A stretch of 30,850 nt of DNA from a virus (IMGVR_UViG_3300037421_000080:106086-136935), one strand, 5' to 3'. Counted from the first letter of the stretch, positions 1 through 8,901 are shown. Notes: generated by a model from the sequence alone, not told the origin. A program made the numbers and translations.

Positions 1-573
1 CTTCTCTGCGTCGTAAGATACATGGAACTCCGACTTATGTGGCAGGCGAGCATAGAGCCTGGCCTTGTTGCTGTTCCGCCACTTCTTTTTGGTCCCAGGC
101 GGGTTCTGTGGCACCGGCGGGTTTGCTGCTATCCTCGCAGCCTTCTCCTCTCGCCGCTTCTGCTCCTCCGCCTCCCGGACCTTGTTGTCAGCCGCTCGGC
201 ACTCAGGGCACTTCTTCTCGGTGAGCTTGAGCCTTCTCTCTTTCCGGAACTTGTCCTGCTTGTCAGGCCAGAGGCCGAACTGCACGTCGTGTCCACAGAT
301 AGCCTTCACGGTCTCGTAGGAAGTGAAGGGCGGGACGGGCTTCTTCACGAATGGCTTGGGCTTATCCTTGGGCTTCTTGGGAGGCGGTTTTGGGGAGCCA
401 TCAGCATAGGTGTTGGCGGATGGTGGAATGGACACCGGCGTCTCCGTCCTGGGCTTCTTGGGGACTTGAGCAGTAGGGACAGGGATGGGCTTCTCCGCCT
501 TGGGCAGCGGAGCGATGGGCTTCTGGACCTTCTCAGGTTTGGGTTTGTTGCGGAAGTCTTCGAGCCAGCTCAT
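1..573 (-). CDS. Hypothetical protein, Pro/Lys-rich N-terminus plus Cys/His cluster; runs off the window edge
   Basis: Read manually: ATG at 573 with AAAGGAGA RBS; open to base 1 (MSWLEDFRNKPKPEK...ICGHDVQF...KKCPEC...RLPHKSEFHVSYDAEK); absent from the ORF track because it has no stop in the window. Confidence 0.75.
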   Translation of the reverse strand, partial: MSWLEDFRNKPKPEKVQKPIAPLPKAEKPIPVPTAQVPKKPRTETPVSIPPSANTYADGSPKPPPKKPKDKPKPFVKKPVPPFTSYETVKAICGHDVQFGLWPDKQDKFRKERRLKLTEKKCPECRAADNKVREAEEQKRREEKAARIAANPPVPQNPPGTKKKWRNSNKARLYARLPHKSEFHVSYDAEK

Positions 574-588
574 TCAAATCTCCTTTGG

Positions 589-861
589 TTAAAATCGTTC
601 TTTGTATTCCAGCAGATCCTTCAAGTCCTTGACCATCTTTCCTGTGTCTTCGCCTTGTGATTCTTCCAAGCTGATGGCTATGAACTTGTCTTGAAAGAAC
701 CCTAGTTTTTGGACGATTTCTAGTCTCTCGATAGCCCGATTGCGAGCGATAGAAGCTCTAGCCTGAGCATCCTTGGCTTGCTGTAGAAGTTCACGAAAAA
801 TGCAAATCTCGTTGGCAGCGGAGCGGATTTCTTGGCCTGCCAGTTCTTCGGTCAGTGTCAT
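589..861 (-). CDS. Hypothetical coiled-coil protein
   Basis: ORF 589..915; likely start MTLTEEL at 861, just after the upstream stop. Confidence 0.6.
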   Translation of the reverse strand: MTLTEELAGQEIRSAANEICIFRELLQQAKDAQARASIARNRAIERLEIVQKLGFFQDKFIAISLEESQGEDTGKMVKDLKDLLEYKERF

Positions 862-865
862 GATT

Positions 866-1123
866 CTACCTCTTGTCGCAGTTGAACAGGATTTCACAGT
901 CGCAGTAGCCGCCATTGTCCTCGAACCATTCGCAGGACTCCTCGATCTCGAACTCGTTCAGACCCATATCGGTTAGGATCTTCTTGGCGAACGTCTTATC
1001 GTTGCCGCTCTTACACAGCCAAGTGATTTTGCCCTTGGCATCTTTCTTGAAGTCACAGCCCTCGGGGCCTTCCAGGCGCTCAAGGAAGGCCTGCCAGTCT
1101 GGGTGTTCTGAATCCATCATCAT
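866..1123 (-). CDS. DUF2695-like protein
   Basis: C-terminal motif WFEDNGGYCDCEILFN. Confidence 0.72.
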   Translation of the reverse strand: MMMDSEHPDWQAFLERLEGPEGCDFKKDAKGKITWLCKSGNDKTFAKKILTDMGLNEFEIEESCEWFEDNGGYCDCEILFNCDKR

Positions 1124-1329
1124 TATTTCACTCCTAGAAGTTCGTTGTCTCCCATGCTTTCTAGCTCGGAGATTCTCGTATCTCGGACATAGTTCGCTAC
1201 GAACCCGCGAAGGTCTTCAAACGGAACTTTGATTTCATCCGGAACGAGATCTCCGACTTGGATTATTACATCCCCATCGTATCCGCCATTATGGTGGAAG
1301 GTTGTTTTTCCTATTGTTGTTGAGTGCAT
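1123..1329 (-). CDS. Small hypothetical protein
   Basis: 3' part of ORF 1123..1509; likely start MHSTTIGK at 1329, overlapping the RNase H stop. Confidence 0.55.
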   Translation of the reverse strand: MHSTTIGKTTFHHNGGYDGDVIIQVGDLVPDEIKVPFEDLRGFVANYVRDTRISELESMGDNELLGVK

Positions 1330-1799
1330 CGGAACCCCTTCGCCAGTCGAGTACATTCTCTGTCGCACCACTGATTCCACTTCGACGTAGGTAGCCCGTT
1401 CCGTTTCCGGAAGCCCTGCTTCAATTCGATTTTCGTAGGATGGCCCGCTACCAGAACCACCTTCCACTTCCGGTTCCTTCGCAGGTCTAGTGTCCTTATC
1501 CGCAGCCAATCGGGGATGCCCTTGAAGCTATTGCTGGTGGTGAGGCGGAGCAGTGTGATGCGGGAATCGGTGTAGAGGATTCCGCCGAAGAAGTTGTCAG
1601 GCATTGCTTCTAGTGCTTCCGTTGCTGCGAATAGCTCCGAGAAATTGTTTGACGTGGGCTTTCCGCCGTTGGGGAACAGCTTGCCGGAATCTTTATCTAG
1701 GACTTTTCCATCTTCGGTCAGCACCCAGGCCCAAGTGCCCCCAAACGGGCTGGGGTTCTTTTTCACAACTCCTCCGTCGCAGTACAATTCAAGAGTCAA
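1311..1799 (-). CDS. rnhA: Ribonuclease H (type I / RNase HI-like)
   Basis: YCDGG, NNFSELFA, YTDS, AGHP and WCDR motifs supply the D-E-D-D catalytic set plus His; TTG start with GGAGG RBS. Confidence 0.85.
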   Translation of the reverse strand: MTLELYCDGGVVKKNPSPFGGTWAWVLTEDGKVLDKDSGKLFPNGGKPTSNNFSELFAATEALEAMPDNFFGGILYTDSRITLLRLTTSNSFKGIPDWLRIRTLDLRRNRKWKVVLVAGHPTKIELKQGFRKRNGLPTSKWNQWCDRECTRLAKGFRCTQQQ

Positions 1800-2058
1800 G
1801 GAACGCCCTCCGAAGTCTGGCCACCTCTTTCTTGCTAGCCGATCCAGGATCGGGCGAGTCGATCTCTATTCGGACAGTCCTCCCGGGATGGATTGACAGG
1901 GCTTCGCAGAGCTCCCTGGCTCGGTCCTGGGCTCTTGGCTCCGAATCGAAACATACAACTCTAGAAGGGTAAGCGGCCATTTTCTTAACTTGGGGCAAGG
2001 TCCAAGAAACTCCAAGAGTTGCAACAGCTCCCGGTCCAATGTTGATGGCATCACACAT
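1789..2058 (-). pseudogene. Orphan duplicate of the primase C-terminal TOPRIM half (displaced native 3' end)
   Basis: About 47 of 89 positions identical by manual alignment to the last ~90 aa of the primase at 2787..3662; lacks the EG of EGxxDA. Confidence 0.8.
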
Positions 2059-2782
2059 TCTCCATTTTTCTTTGTTTGGGGAGTATTCTCTTTATGGTTA
2101 CTCTTGACAATTGGAATATTTCCATCAATTTTTCAACAGACCATCCTATTTTTCTCAATGCTCGGATGGAGTTATTCCTTTTGTTGGTTCGTTTTTTGTT
2201 GTTGGCGGAGGCTAATCGCCGCATTGAAAGTTGCCTCTCCGGACTTATGTTGGCCCATCTTCTGATTATTTCTTTACTCTTTTGTTCTGTAGATAGGTTT
2301 TCCCAATATGCTTTTGCTCTACTCCTTGCCATTTCTGATCTTTGTTTCGCAGTGAATACGCTTCTGGAATGGTGATTTCCATTCTTGTCTCCAGAAGCGT
2401 GCTGTCCTAATTTTGTTGTTAATTCGTGGTGTTCTTCTGTCGTGATCCATTGCAGATTGTCTGCGCTGTCATTTAGCTTATTGCCGTCTTTGTGGTGTAC
2501 TTCTGGTTTGTTCTGGGGATTAGGCAGGAAGGCTTTTGCTACTAGTCTACTTACTTTGAACCAAAATTGCTTCCCATCCATTTTTCGAAGACCAACTCCA
2601 GCATACCCGTTTTTGCCTATTTTCTTCTTCATTGTTCTGGGCTTGAACCTCCTTGGGACTTTTTCTTTACTTCTGCCACAGAACTTCAGGCGAACTCTTC
2701 CCAGAGATCGAACTCCCCCTGAATTTGATACTTCGTATAAGTCCTCAAAATCTTCCACACTTGCCCAAATTTCTTTTGTCAT
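2051..2782 (-). CDS. NUMOD4-HNH homing endonuclease with C-terminal helical/HTH-like region
   Basis: EIWASVEDFEDLYEVSNSGGVRS (NUMOD4); VSRLVAKAFLPNPQNKPEVHHKDGNKLNDSADNLQW (HNH); AT-rich; ATG 2782 with AAGGA RBS. Confidence 0.9.
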   Translation of the reverse strand: MTKEIWASVEDFEDLYEVSNSGGVRSLGRVRLKFCGRSKEKVPRRFKPRTMKKKIGKNGYAGVGLRKMDGKQFWFKVSRLVAKAFLPNPQNKPEVHHKDGNKLNDSADNLQWITTEEHHELTTKLGQHASGDKNGNHHSRSVFTAKQRSEMARSRAKAYWENLSTEQKSKEIIRRWANISPERQLSMRRLASANNKKRTNKRNNSIRALRKIGWSVEKLMEIFQLSRVTIKRILPKQRKMENV

Positions 2783-2786
2783 AGGT

Positions 2787-3662
2787 TTATTCCTTGAAGA
2801 CAAATTTCCTGATTCTTTTGATTTCTTCTTTTTTACAAGAAGCGGGATCTTTTCCTGTATCCAATGTTATGGTTAAAGTTCTTCCGGGGAATATACTGAC
2901 TTCTTCGCTTAGTTTTCTGGCCATCTCTTGGGCTTTAGGTTCAGAATCGTAGCAGATTACTCTAAGTGGGTATTTACTTATTTTGTCAACTTGTGATCGA
3001 GAGTAGGAAACGCCTAGAGTTGCTACCCCTCCTGGTCCTATAGCGATAGCATCAAAAATGCCTTCCGTTACGATGATTGAGTGCAAAGCCTTGTCGCTAC
3101 CGAACAGCAAGCTCTTGGCCGGAATGCTCTCCTCTTCTGGCCTGGCATTGACGTAGCGGTAGCCCTCATCCATAAGGCTCCGAGTCGTCCACGATACTAT
3201 CTTGTTCCTATGCAATATCGGCAAAAAGAGCCTCCAGGAGAGCCTTGTGGCCATGCCGATTCCTTGTATTCCCCACTCCCTTGCCAGCTCGTCTGGATCG
3301 AAGTTCCTGCTTCGCAGATAGTCCCTGTGGATGGGCAGGAGAGGCCCCACTCCGTTGGGGATCACTAGCTTGCCAGTTGGTTTTTCGGCCCTCGGGGCGT
3401 CGGTATCTAACCCCCCTAGGAGGGCCTTTATAACGTGCCACGGCTTGCCGGAGGACTCGACCAGAGCTTCGGCTAGGCTATGGGAACCGCACTTCCAGCA
3501 CTTGGCTGCACGACTAGAGAGAGCGATGCCAAGGCCATACTTCCCCGTGCCTTCTCCGCACCAAGGGCAGATGATCCCCAGCCAGCCGACGGTGACGTGG
3601 GGAGTCTCACCGGCTTGCTTGTACTCTATCTCCAGCTCTTCGAGGATCTCGGTGATATTCAT
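2787..3662 (-). CDS. DNA primase (Zn finger plus TOPRIM domain)
   Basis: CPWC...CWKC Zn finger; VTEGIFDA and CYDSEP TOPRIM motifs. Confidence 0.85.
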   Translation of the reverse strand: MNITEILEELEIEYKQAGETPHVTVGWLGIICPWCGEGTGKYGLGIALSSRAAKCWKCGSHSLAEALVESSGKPWHVIKALLGGLDTDAPRAEKPTGKLVIPNGVGPLLPIHRDYLRSRNFDPDELAREWGIQGIGMATRLSWRLFLPILHRNKIVSWTTRSLMDEGYRYVNARPEEESIPAKSLLFGSDKALHSIIVTEGIFDAIAIGPGGVATLGVSYSRSQVDKISKYPLRVICYDSEPKAQEMARKLSEEVSIFPGRTLTITLDTGKDPASCKKEEIKRIRKFVFKE

Positions 3663-3967
3663 TTCTTATTGACTGTGAGATCGAGTTGTTCTTTATGCTT
3701 GAACGAGAAGGAGAATCCGCACTCTCCGCAGGAGCAGCGGTAGGAAACAAAGAACTCCCCGCCCCCGTCGGTCCCTAATTCCCAGTCCTCCCGGAGCGTA
3801 GCTCGTCCCTCTTCGTCGTTACCCGCTTCGAGTTCCTTCATCTTTTTCAGGAATTCCTTCTGCGGGATCTTGCCGTAGGACTCGTAGATCTCCTTCCCTA
3901 CTCTTTCCTTTTCGTCTTCCTCTTTCTTGATGCACGCGGGACAGCCAGTCCAGTTGTTGGCGCTCAT
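3659..3967 (-). CDS. Hypothetical Zn-binding phage protein
   Basis: CPAC near the N-terminus and CSCGEC near the C-terminus; ATGA-type coupling to neighbours. Confidence 0.68.
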   Translation of the reverse strand: MSANNWTGCPACIKKEEDEKERVGKEIYESYGKIPQKEFLKKMKELEAGNDEEGRATLREDWELGTDGGGEFFVSYRCSCGECGFSFSFKHKEQLDLTVNKK

Positions 3968-4188
3968 CTTGCTTTCCTTTCTTTGAGCAGTTTATGCGTG
4001 TCGGGCAGCAGCCTCTCCGCTATCTTGGAGGCACTGGCCCAGGTCACCTCCCAGCCATCGCTCCACTCCCCGTTGTCCTTCAGTTTTAGGACAGAACCGG
4101 GGATGGCGAATCTCTCCGGGAGCCAGGTGGTTTGGCGCTGGTTCCTGCGGGTCAGTTGACATTGACGGTAGAAGATTTCATTTGGCAT
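3964..4188 (-). CDS. Hypothetical protein
   Basis: 74-aa ORF coupled to its neighbours. Confidence 0.62.
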   Translation of the reverse strand: MPNEIFYRQCQLTRRNQRQTTWLPERFAIPGSVLKLKDNGEWSDGWEVTWASASKIAERLLPDTHKLLKERKAR

Positions 4189-4432
4189 CGGCGAGACCCT
4201 CCTTGATTATTTCCCCAATCGTTTTTTCGTCTGCTTCCTTGATGAATGTTTCAAGGGCAGTTAGTCCCCAGCGCTTGATTCGGTATCTCCTTAGTTGCTT
4301 GATGAAATTGGCTATTCCCTTTTTGAATCGCTTATCTCCGGGACTGTTGCAAAGTCTGTGGGCATCCAATAGCGCCAGTTGATCCCTCTCGGCGTAGATG
4401 CAAGCCAGCCGTAGCAATTCTTCCAGTTTCAT
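4178..4432 (-). CDS. Hypothetical protein
   Basis: ORF 4178..4444; likely start MKLEELL at 4432. Confidence 0.55.
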   Translation of the reverse strand: MKLEELLRLACIYAERDQLALLDAHRLCNSPGDKRFKKGIANFIKQLRRYRIKRWGLTALETFIKEADEKTIGEIIKEGLADAK

Positions 4433-4749
4433 CAGTCTAGCCACTCCACATCAGAGAAACGATAGTTCTCCTCGGCCTCCAGTTCCCAATCGTCTTCCTG
4501 TTGCTCATCTTGGATCTGCTCTACCAACCTCTTGGCATGGGGTATGGGCTCTTCCTTGTTCAGGTGGACGTTATCGACGATCTCTCCCTCTGGGTTGTGT
4601 AGCCTCAGCTCCGACCAGACCTTGAGGGAGCCAGCGAACAGGCCCATGACCCTGCGGCATTCCCACTCCGGGCCGCAGAAGATGCCTCGGGGCGGCCAAT
4701 TGTTGACTTTCATGATTACTCGCCAGAGATGGGGTTTTCCGTTTGTCAT
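4432..4749 (-). CDS. Hypothetical protein with acidic tail
   Basis: 105-aa ORF, ATGA overlap with the helicase stop, GGAGG RBS. Confidence 0.55.
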   Translation of the reverse strand: MTNGKPHLWRVIMKVNNWPPRGIFCGPEWECRRVMGLFAGSLKVWSELRLHNPEGEIVDNVHLNKEEPIPHAKRLVEQIQDEQQEDDWELEAEENYRFSDVEWLD

Positions 4750-6152
4750 CCTGCCTCCTCCGTTTCCTGTTCCTTTTGTAGCTCAATTGTCAGCAAGTCG
4801 AAGATGTCGTAGTTGTTCCCTTCGGTAGTTCCCCCATCTAACACCTGGTCGATGATCTCCTGCTTGTTTTGTAGGATCTCGACCAGGCGGACTTCGATTG
4901 TATCCCTTCCCACCAAGTACCAGTATTTCGATCTCATGCCTTCCTTGCCTCTGCCTATGCCCCTTGTTCTGCCCTCCGCCTGGGTGTGGGCTGTAGGCAC
5001 CCAGGCGAATTCTATCGTGGCGCTGTTGGGGACCCCCATGGCGGACCAGCCCTCACCTGCTGCCTTGATGTTGCCAAACAGTAGCTGGGTCTTCTTGGAG
5101 GTCAGGAACTTATCGTAGCTCAATTGACGGAATCTCCCTGTAACTGCTCCAGTCACCAAGACACTTTGCCTGTGGTACTTTTCGTGGAGGGCCTCCAGGA
5201 TCTTGCGGTGGATGCCAAATACGATTAGCTTCTCGTCACACTCCTGGAGGTAGTCGTCGATCCACTCACAGACTGCCTTGAGTTTGAGTTCAGACACGAG
5301 TTGCTTCAAATATGAAATCATTGTGACTCGTTCGGCTCTAGCTGATCGCCTAGCCTTCTCATGGCTGTACTTCTCAGCTAGCCATCTCAGAAACTCCCTT
5401 CGAGCGTAGTTGTATTGCTTGCGGTCTTCGATCTCCAAGGGGAGGATGATACGTCGTTTGGGAGGCAAATCTTTTAGAACGTCAATTTCTCGCAACCTCA
5501 AAAGACATTCTTTTCCAAGTTTGCGGTGTAATCTCGGCAGTTGGGTCGCTCCCTTAAACTCCCATTGCCCGAACCTCCCCCGCTTGGGATCGCAATAGGT
5601 CATGGCGTAGGGATAGAAGTTAGGGTACATATCAGGGCGGACGATATGCAGAGGGTGGTATAAGTCCGCCGGGCGGTTGGCCAGAGGGGAGCCGGAGAGC
5701 ACCATGACTGGATCTATCTCCTCTGCTAGTTCCTTGGCTGCTTTGGACCTCTTGCTCTCGGCATGGCAAACCGCATGACCTTCATCGAAGGCCACGACTT
5801 GGATTTTGAGTCTTTTCAAGTAGGGAAGCCACGCTGCCAGGATGTCGTAGTTGATGATAGTCAGAGGGGGCACATCGATCAGCTTCCTCCACTTTCTGGG
5901 TCTCATCCCCTCCAGAATCTCTGTTCTCATGCTGCAATGCTTGGCTGCCTCGCGAGCCCAGTTCCACTTCAATCCGGCAGGGCACACCACCAGAGCCGGG
6001 CGTAGCTCTGGATGGCATACGAGGTACATGAGATAGAGCAGGCTCTTGCCCAGTCCGTAGTCCCAGGCCACGAGGGCGTTCCCGCCGAACTGCTCCAGCT
6101 GCCACAGGCCCTCCTTCTGGTAGGGGTAGGGCTTCGTGTTCAGCTTCGGCAT
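4746..6152 (-). CDS. SNF2-family (HARP/SMARCAL1-like) helicase/translocase
   Basis: PYPYQKEG, YGLGKS (motif I), INYDIL, FDEGH (II), LSGSP (III), AAGEG (V), QAEGR (VI); likely start MPKLN at 6152. Confidence 0.9.
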   Translation of the reverse strand: MPKLNTKPYPYQKEGLWQLEQFGGNALVAWDYGLGKSLLYLMYLVCHPELRPALVVCPAGLKWNWAREAAKHCSMRTEILEGMRPRKWRKLIDVPPLTIINYDILAAWLPYLKRLKIQVVAFDEGHAVCHAESKRSKAAKELAEEIDPVMVLSGSPLANRPADLYHPLHIVRPDMYPNFYPYAMTYCDPKRGRFGQWEFKGATQLPRLHRKLGKECLLRLREIDVLKDLPPKRRIILPLEIEDRKQYNYARREFLRWLAEKYSHEKARRSARAERVTMISYLKQLVSELKLKAVCEWIDDYLQECDEKLIVFGIHRKILEALHEKYHRQSVLVTGAVTGRFRQLSYDKFLTSKKTQLLFGNIKAAGEGWSAMGVPNSATIEFAWVPTAHTQAEGRTRGIGRGKEGMRSKYWYLVGRDTIEVRLVEILQNKQEIIDQVLDGGTTEGNNYDIFDLLTIELQKEQETEEAG

Positions 6153-6319
6153 TTTTCTTTCCTCTCCGCGACGATGAGCTGCTTGCCGGAGATGATCTTG
6201 GGGAATGACTTTTCTGTCACCAACGGACCGCCCCTCACGACTCTGAATCTCTTTTCGTACAGCCAATCATAAACCTTGTTTCTGTCCGCATCCTTGCAAA
6301 TAATCTCAAGCCGAGTCAT
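6140..6319 (-). CDS. Small hypothetical protein
   Basis: ORF 6140..6436; start uncertain (6319 or 6436). Confidence 0.45.
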   Translation of the reverse strand: MTRLEIICKDADRNKVYDWLYEKRFRVVRGGPLVTEKSFPKIISGKQLIVAERKEKCRS

Positions 6320-6401
6320 ATTGCATTGTTCAGCTTTGGATTTTGGGAAGGCTTTCTCCAATTCTTTGGCTAGAGTGATCTCCTTCTTTATCGCTTCGTT
6401 T

Positions 6402-6629
6402 TCAGTTTCTGCGGTTGCCTTCTCGGCTGCGACCAAACTGGAACTTGTTGTCTTTTCGCCGCTTCAATGCCCGCTCGATGATTTTGACGCCCTCCTTGTA
6501 TTTGGCATCTGCTTCCTTGATAATTTTGAACTCTTCTTTTGTCAGGTCAACGGCGACAGCATCGTAGCTTCTCTGCTTCTTTTTGACTGTGTAGCAGAGC
6601 CAGTTATCTTCCTCTATCCAGAATCTCAT
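6402..6629 (-). CDS. Small basic hypothetical protein
   Basis: 75-aa ORF with AAGGAG RBS. Confidence 0.55.
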   Translation of the reverse strand: MRFWIEEDNWLCYTVKKKQRSYDAVAVDLTKEEFKIIKEADAKYKEGVKIIERALKRRKDNKFQFGRSREGNRRN

Positions 6630-6632
6630 GGC

Positions 6633-7169
6633 CTAGCTCCTTTCTCTCAGCGCTTGTTTGATCTCCCCGAATGCCTCCATAATCCTCTCCCCCGACCATC
6701 CCATGTCGAGCAGGAACCGGGTGATCCAGCTCCGGCGGCGGAACACGTGCGGCCGGTTGCAGTGCTCACTTCTGGCCGACATCATGGCTAGCTTGGCGAC
6801 GTAGCAGGCATCCTCGGATAGCTCTGAGAGCAGAGCCCCCAAGTTGCCGTGCCGTCGCTCTGGAGCTAGCTCCAGGGGCATCTCTTCGCCTTCTTGCTTG
6901 TAGAGGCTCAGGTAGCGGGCCTGACGGGAGTGGTAGTCCTTGAGGCCATTCAGCACCTTGATGGTGCACCACGTGGAGAAGCGGGCCTTCTCCGGGTCGT
7001 AGTTTTGCAGGGCACGGACGTAGTGGTAGTTGGCCTCGCACATCAACTCGTCGAAGTCCCCGCCGTGGAAGCGCTGGAACTTGTGGACGATCTTGAACAG
7101 CAGGCGCTGAACATAGGCGTAGTCGGTCGTGCGGCAGTTTCCGGTAATCGGGGCAGTAGCAGTGGTCAT
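6633..7169 (-). CDS. RNA polymerase sigma-factor-like protein (region 2 recognisable)
   Basis: DFDELMCEA...ALQNYDPEKARFSTWCTIKVLNGLKDY resembles sigma70 region 2.2-2.4; AAAGGAG RBS. Confidence 0.7.
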   Translation of the reverse strand: MTTATAPITGNCRTTDYAYVQRLLFKIVHKFQRFHGGDFDELMCEANYHYVRALQNYDPEKARFSTWCTIKVLNGLKDYHSRQARYLSLYKQEGEEMPLELAPERRHGNLGALLSELSEDACYVAKLAMMSARSEHCNRPHVFRRRSWITRFLLDMGWSGERIMEAFGEIKQALRERS

Positions 7170-7187
7170 CGGAATCGTCTCCTTTCA

Positions 7188-7514
7188 TTAGATGTAGGCG
7201 CTCTTACCTTTGCCCGTCACCCTCCCGTACCACTCGTAGAACCCAGTTAGGTTCTCGAATCGGTGCGGAGGCAAGTGGAGTTCTACTCTGGGTTCCCAGC
7301 TTGTGCACGATTTTGAAAAAGCGGCGTCCCATTGATTCTCACAGAATTCCCAAGTGACGGCGCATACCGCCAGTTGCAAGCGGCAGTCTAATTGCTCCTC
7401 CTTCCACCGGAAGGAGGATTCGATGTAGTCTCCCACCCGTGGTATTTCTGGCAGATCGGTGGGCCAAGCCTCGCATCGCTCTAAATCGAGGTTAGTATGG
7501 CAGCGAATCTTCAT
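7188..7514 (-). CDS. Hypothetical protein
   Basis: 108-aa ORF, GGAGG RBS, coupled to the upstream gene. Confidence 0.62.
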   Translation of the reverse strand: MKIRCHTNLDLERCEAWPTDLPEIPRVGDYIESSFRWKEEQLDCRLQLAVCAVTWEFCENQWDAAFSKSCTSWEPRVELHLPPHRFENLTGFYEWYGRVTGKGKSAYI

Positions 7515-7936
7515 GGCTTATCCTCCTGGCTGATTTCCAAGTTGAACTTCACCCAGCCGTGCTCGACGGCATGCCTCATCTCCTTCCAGACTCCTCCGGC
7601 GGTCTGCTTACTGGTGCGGAGGTATTCTAGCCCCTTCTCGGTGATCTTTACCACTATGGCTTCCCTGCCATCACCGTTAGTAGGCATAGTCCGCTCGATG
7701 GTTCCTTGCTTATGCATACTCCAGAGGCAGGCTTGCAGCAAGCGTCCCGTGCCGTACTTGATCTGCTCTGGGAGTTCCAGGAAGCTTGGATTCTTCCATC
7801 GTTTTACCTTCTCCTGCATGTAGCTGCGGGTAGCCATGTTTGGATTGATCCGCTTGCTCAGGTAAGGATAGAGCTCCTTCCAGGTCCGAGGCTTCCCGTC
7901 GGAGAGAGCCATAAGAACGCAATGGGATAGTTTCAT
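7511..7936 (-). CDS. Putative winged-helix DNA-binding protein
   Basis: 3' part of ORF 7511..8530, start MKLSHCVL at 7936 overlapping the upstream stop; GTIER...KITEKGLEYL wing-like motif. Confidence 0.6.
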   Translation of the reverse strand: MKLSHCVLMALSDGKPRTWKELYPYLSKRINPNMATRSYMQEKVKRWKNPSFLELPEQIKYGTGRLLQACLWSMHKQGTIERTMPTNGDGREAIVVKITEKGLEYLRTSKQTAGGVWKEMRHAVEHGWVKFNLEISQEDKP

Positions 7937-8901
7937 CGTTGGCCCTCCAGCATGCTTTCCATCTTGGATTGGACCGTGTGCCAGCAGCGCTTGAGCAACT
8001 CCAGGTCGGCGGAATCCGTCACCTGGAGCTTGGATAAGGTGTTGCACTTGTCTACGATCTTGGCTAGCCCGGTCAGGTTGCGGAAGAAAACGTCCCGCAC
8101 TGCACGCGGGAACTTGACTGAGCCCTTCTCCTTTTTCTTGGGGGACTTCCGCTCCTCCAGCAGCTTCTCCCATCGGCCCAACTCGGAGAGGGCCTGCAAC
8201 TCGGTGGAGTGCTTCCGCACATCCGCGATCAGGTGGTTGCATTCGTCGCCCTTGACCTCGTGCTCGCAGAGGACGCGGGCCGTGTTGCGGATGACCGAGC
8301 TGTTCCCAAGGGCATGTAGCTTTTGTAGGACGGACTTGGCTAGCCCGTTCGACTTCGGGATGTCGGCCACGATCTTCTTCGCTTCCGCCGCTGCGTTGGC
8401 GACATAGATCCACTGGGGTTGGAGGCCAAACATCTTGCACGCCTCGGCGGTCGGCATGCTGTGGTTCTCGATGCACCACCTCGCGTTCGCGACCTTCTCT
8501 TCCTTGGAGAAACCGATGCCGGATTCCCACACGTTGACCACGCGGGGGAACACGTCCAGCATCACCGGGTCCTTGATGCAGACGGTATACGCCTCAATGT
8601 CGGGTGCCTCTGGGTAGGCTAGCTCGAAGGCCGCTAGTCTGTGGTTGCCGGACCACGGCCAGAGCTTGCCCCGAGGTGGATGCTGGAGGATGGTCATCGG
8701 AAAGGCAGCCTCTGGTTCCAGCATCTTGAGGGAAAGCTGGAGGACATAGTCTTGGTCCAGCTTCCCAATCATGCGGGCTTGGCGACGGAGTCCTTCACCC
8801 AAGTCGTTGTTGTCTTTGGGAACTCGCTCCACTTGGAATGAGATTCCCATGTTGCGAAGGTTTGCTTCCACCTTCTGATCTTTCACCCAGCGAAGAGTCA
8901 T
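7933..8901 (-). CDS. ParB/Srx-like N-terminal domain protein
   Basis: FPMTIL...WSGNHRLAA motif (GxHR); helical C-terminal region; AGGAG RBS. Confidence 0.68.
   Translation of the reverse strand: MTLRWVKDQKVEANLRNMGISFQVERVPKDNNDLGEGLRRQARMIGKLDQDYVLQLSLKMLEPEAAFPMTILQHPPRGKLWPWSGNHRLAAFELAYPEAPDIEAYTVCIKDPVMLDVFPRVVNVWESGIGFSKEEKVANARWCIENHSMPTAEACKMFGLQPQWIYVANAAAEAKKIVADIPKSNGLAKSVLQKLHALGNSSVIRNTARVLCEHEVKGDECNHLIADVRKHSTELQALSELGRWEKLLEERKSPKKKEKGSVKFPRAVRDVFFRNLTGLAKIVDKCNTLSKLQVTDSADLELLKRCWHTVQSKMESMLEGQR

Noticed and set aside
22-660. 212-aa plus-strand ORF
   Set aside because: Antisense shadow of the minus-strand Pro/Lys-rich gene, which has an RBS and fits operon direction
1311-1799. 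Retroelement, retron or DGR suggested by RNase H
   Set aside because: No reverse transcriptase motifs and no template/variable repeat pair were seen; RNase H next to a primase fits primer removal.
2051-3065. Group I intron or intein in the primase gene
   Set aside because: The primase frame is complete with its own stop before the HNH gene. There are no intein terminal motifs and no non-coding space for a ribozyme core.
7937-8530. N-terminal 197 aa of track ORF 7511..8530
   Set aside because: Off-frame overlap with the ParB-like gene; the real start is probably ATG 7936
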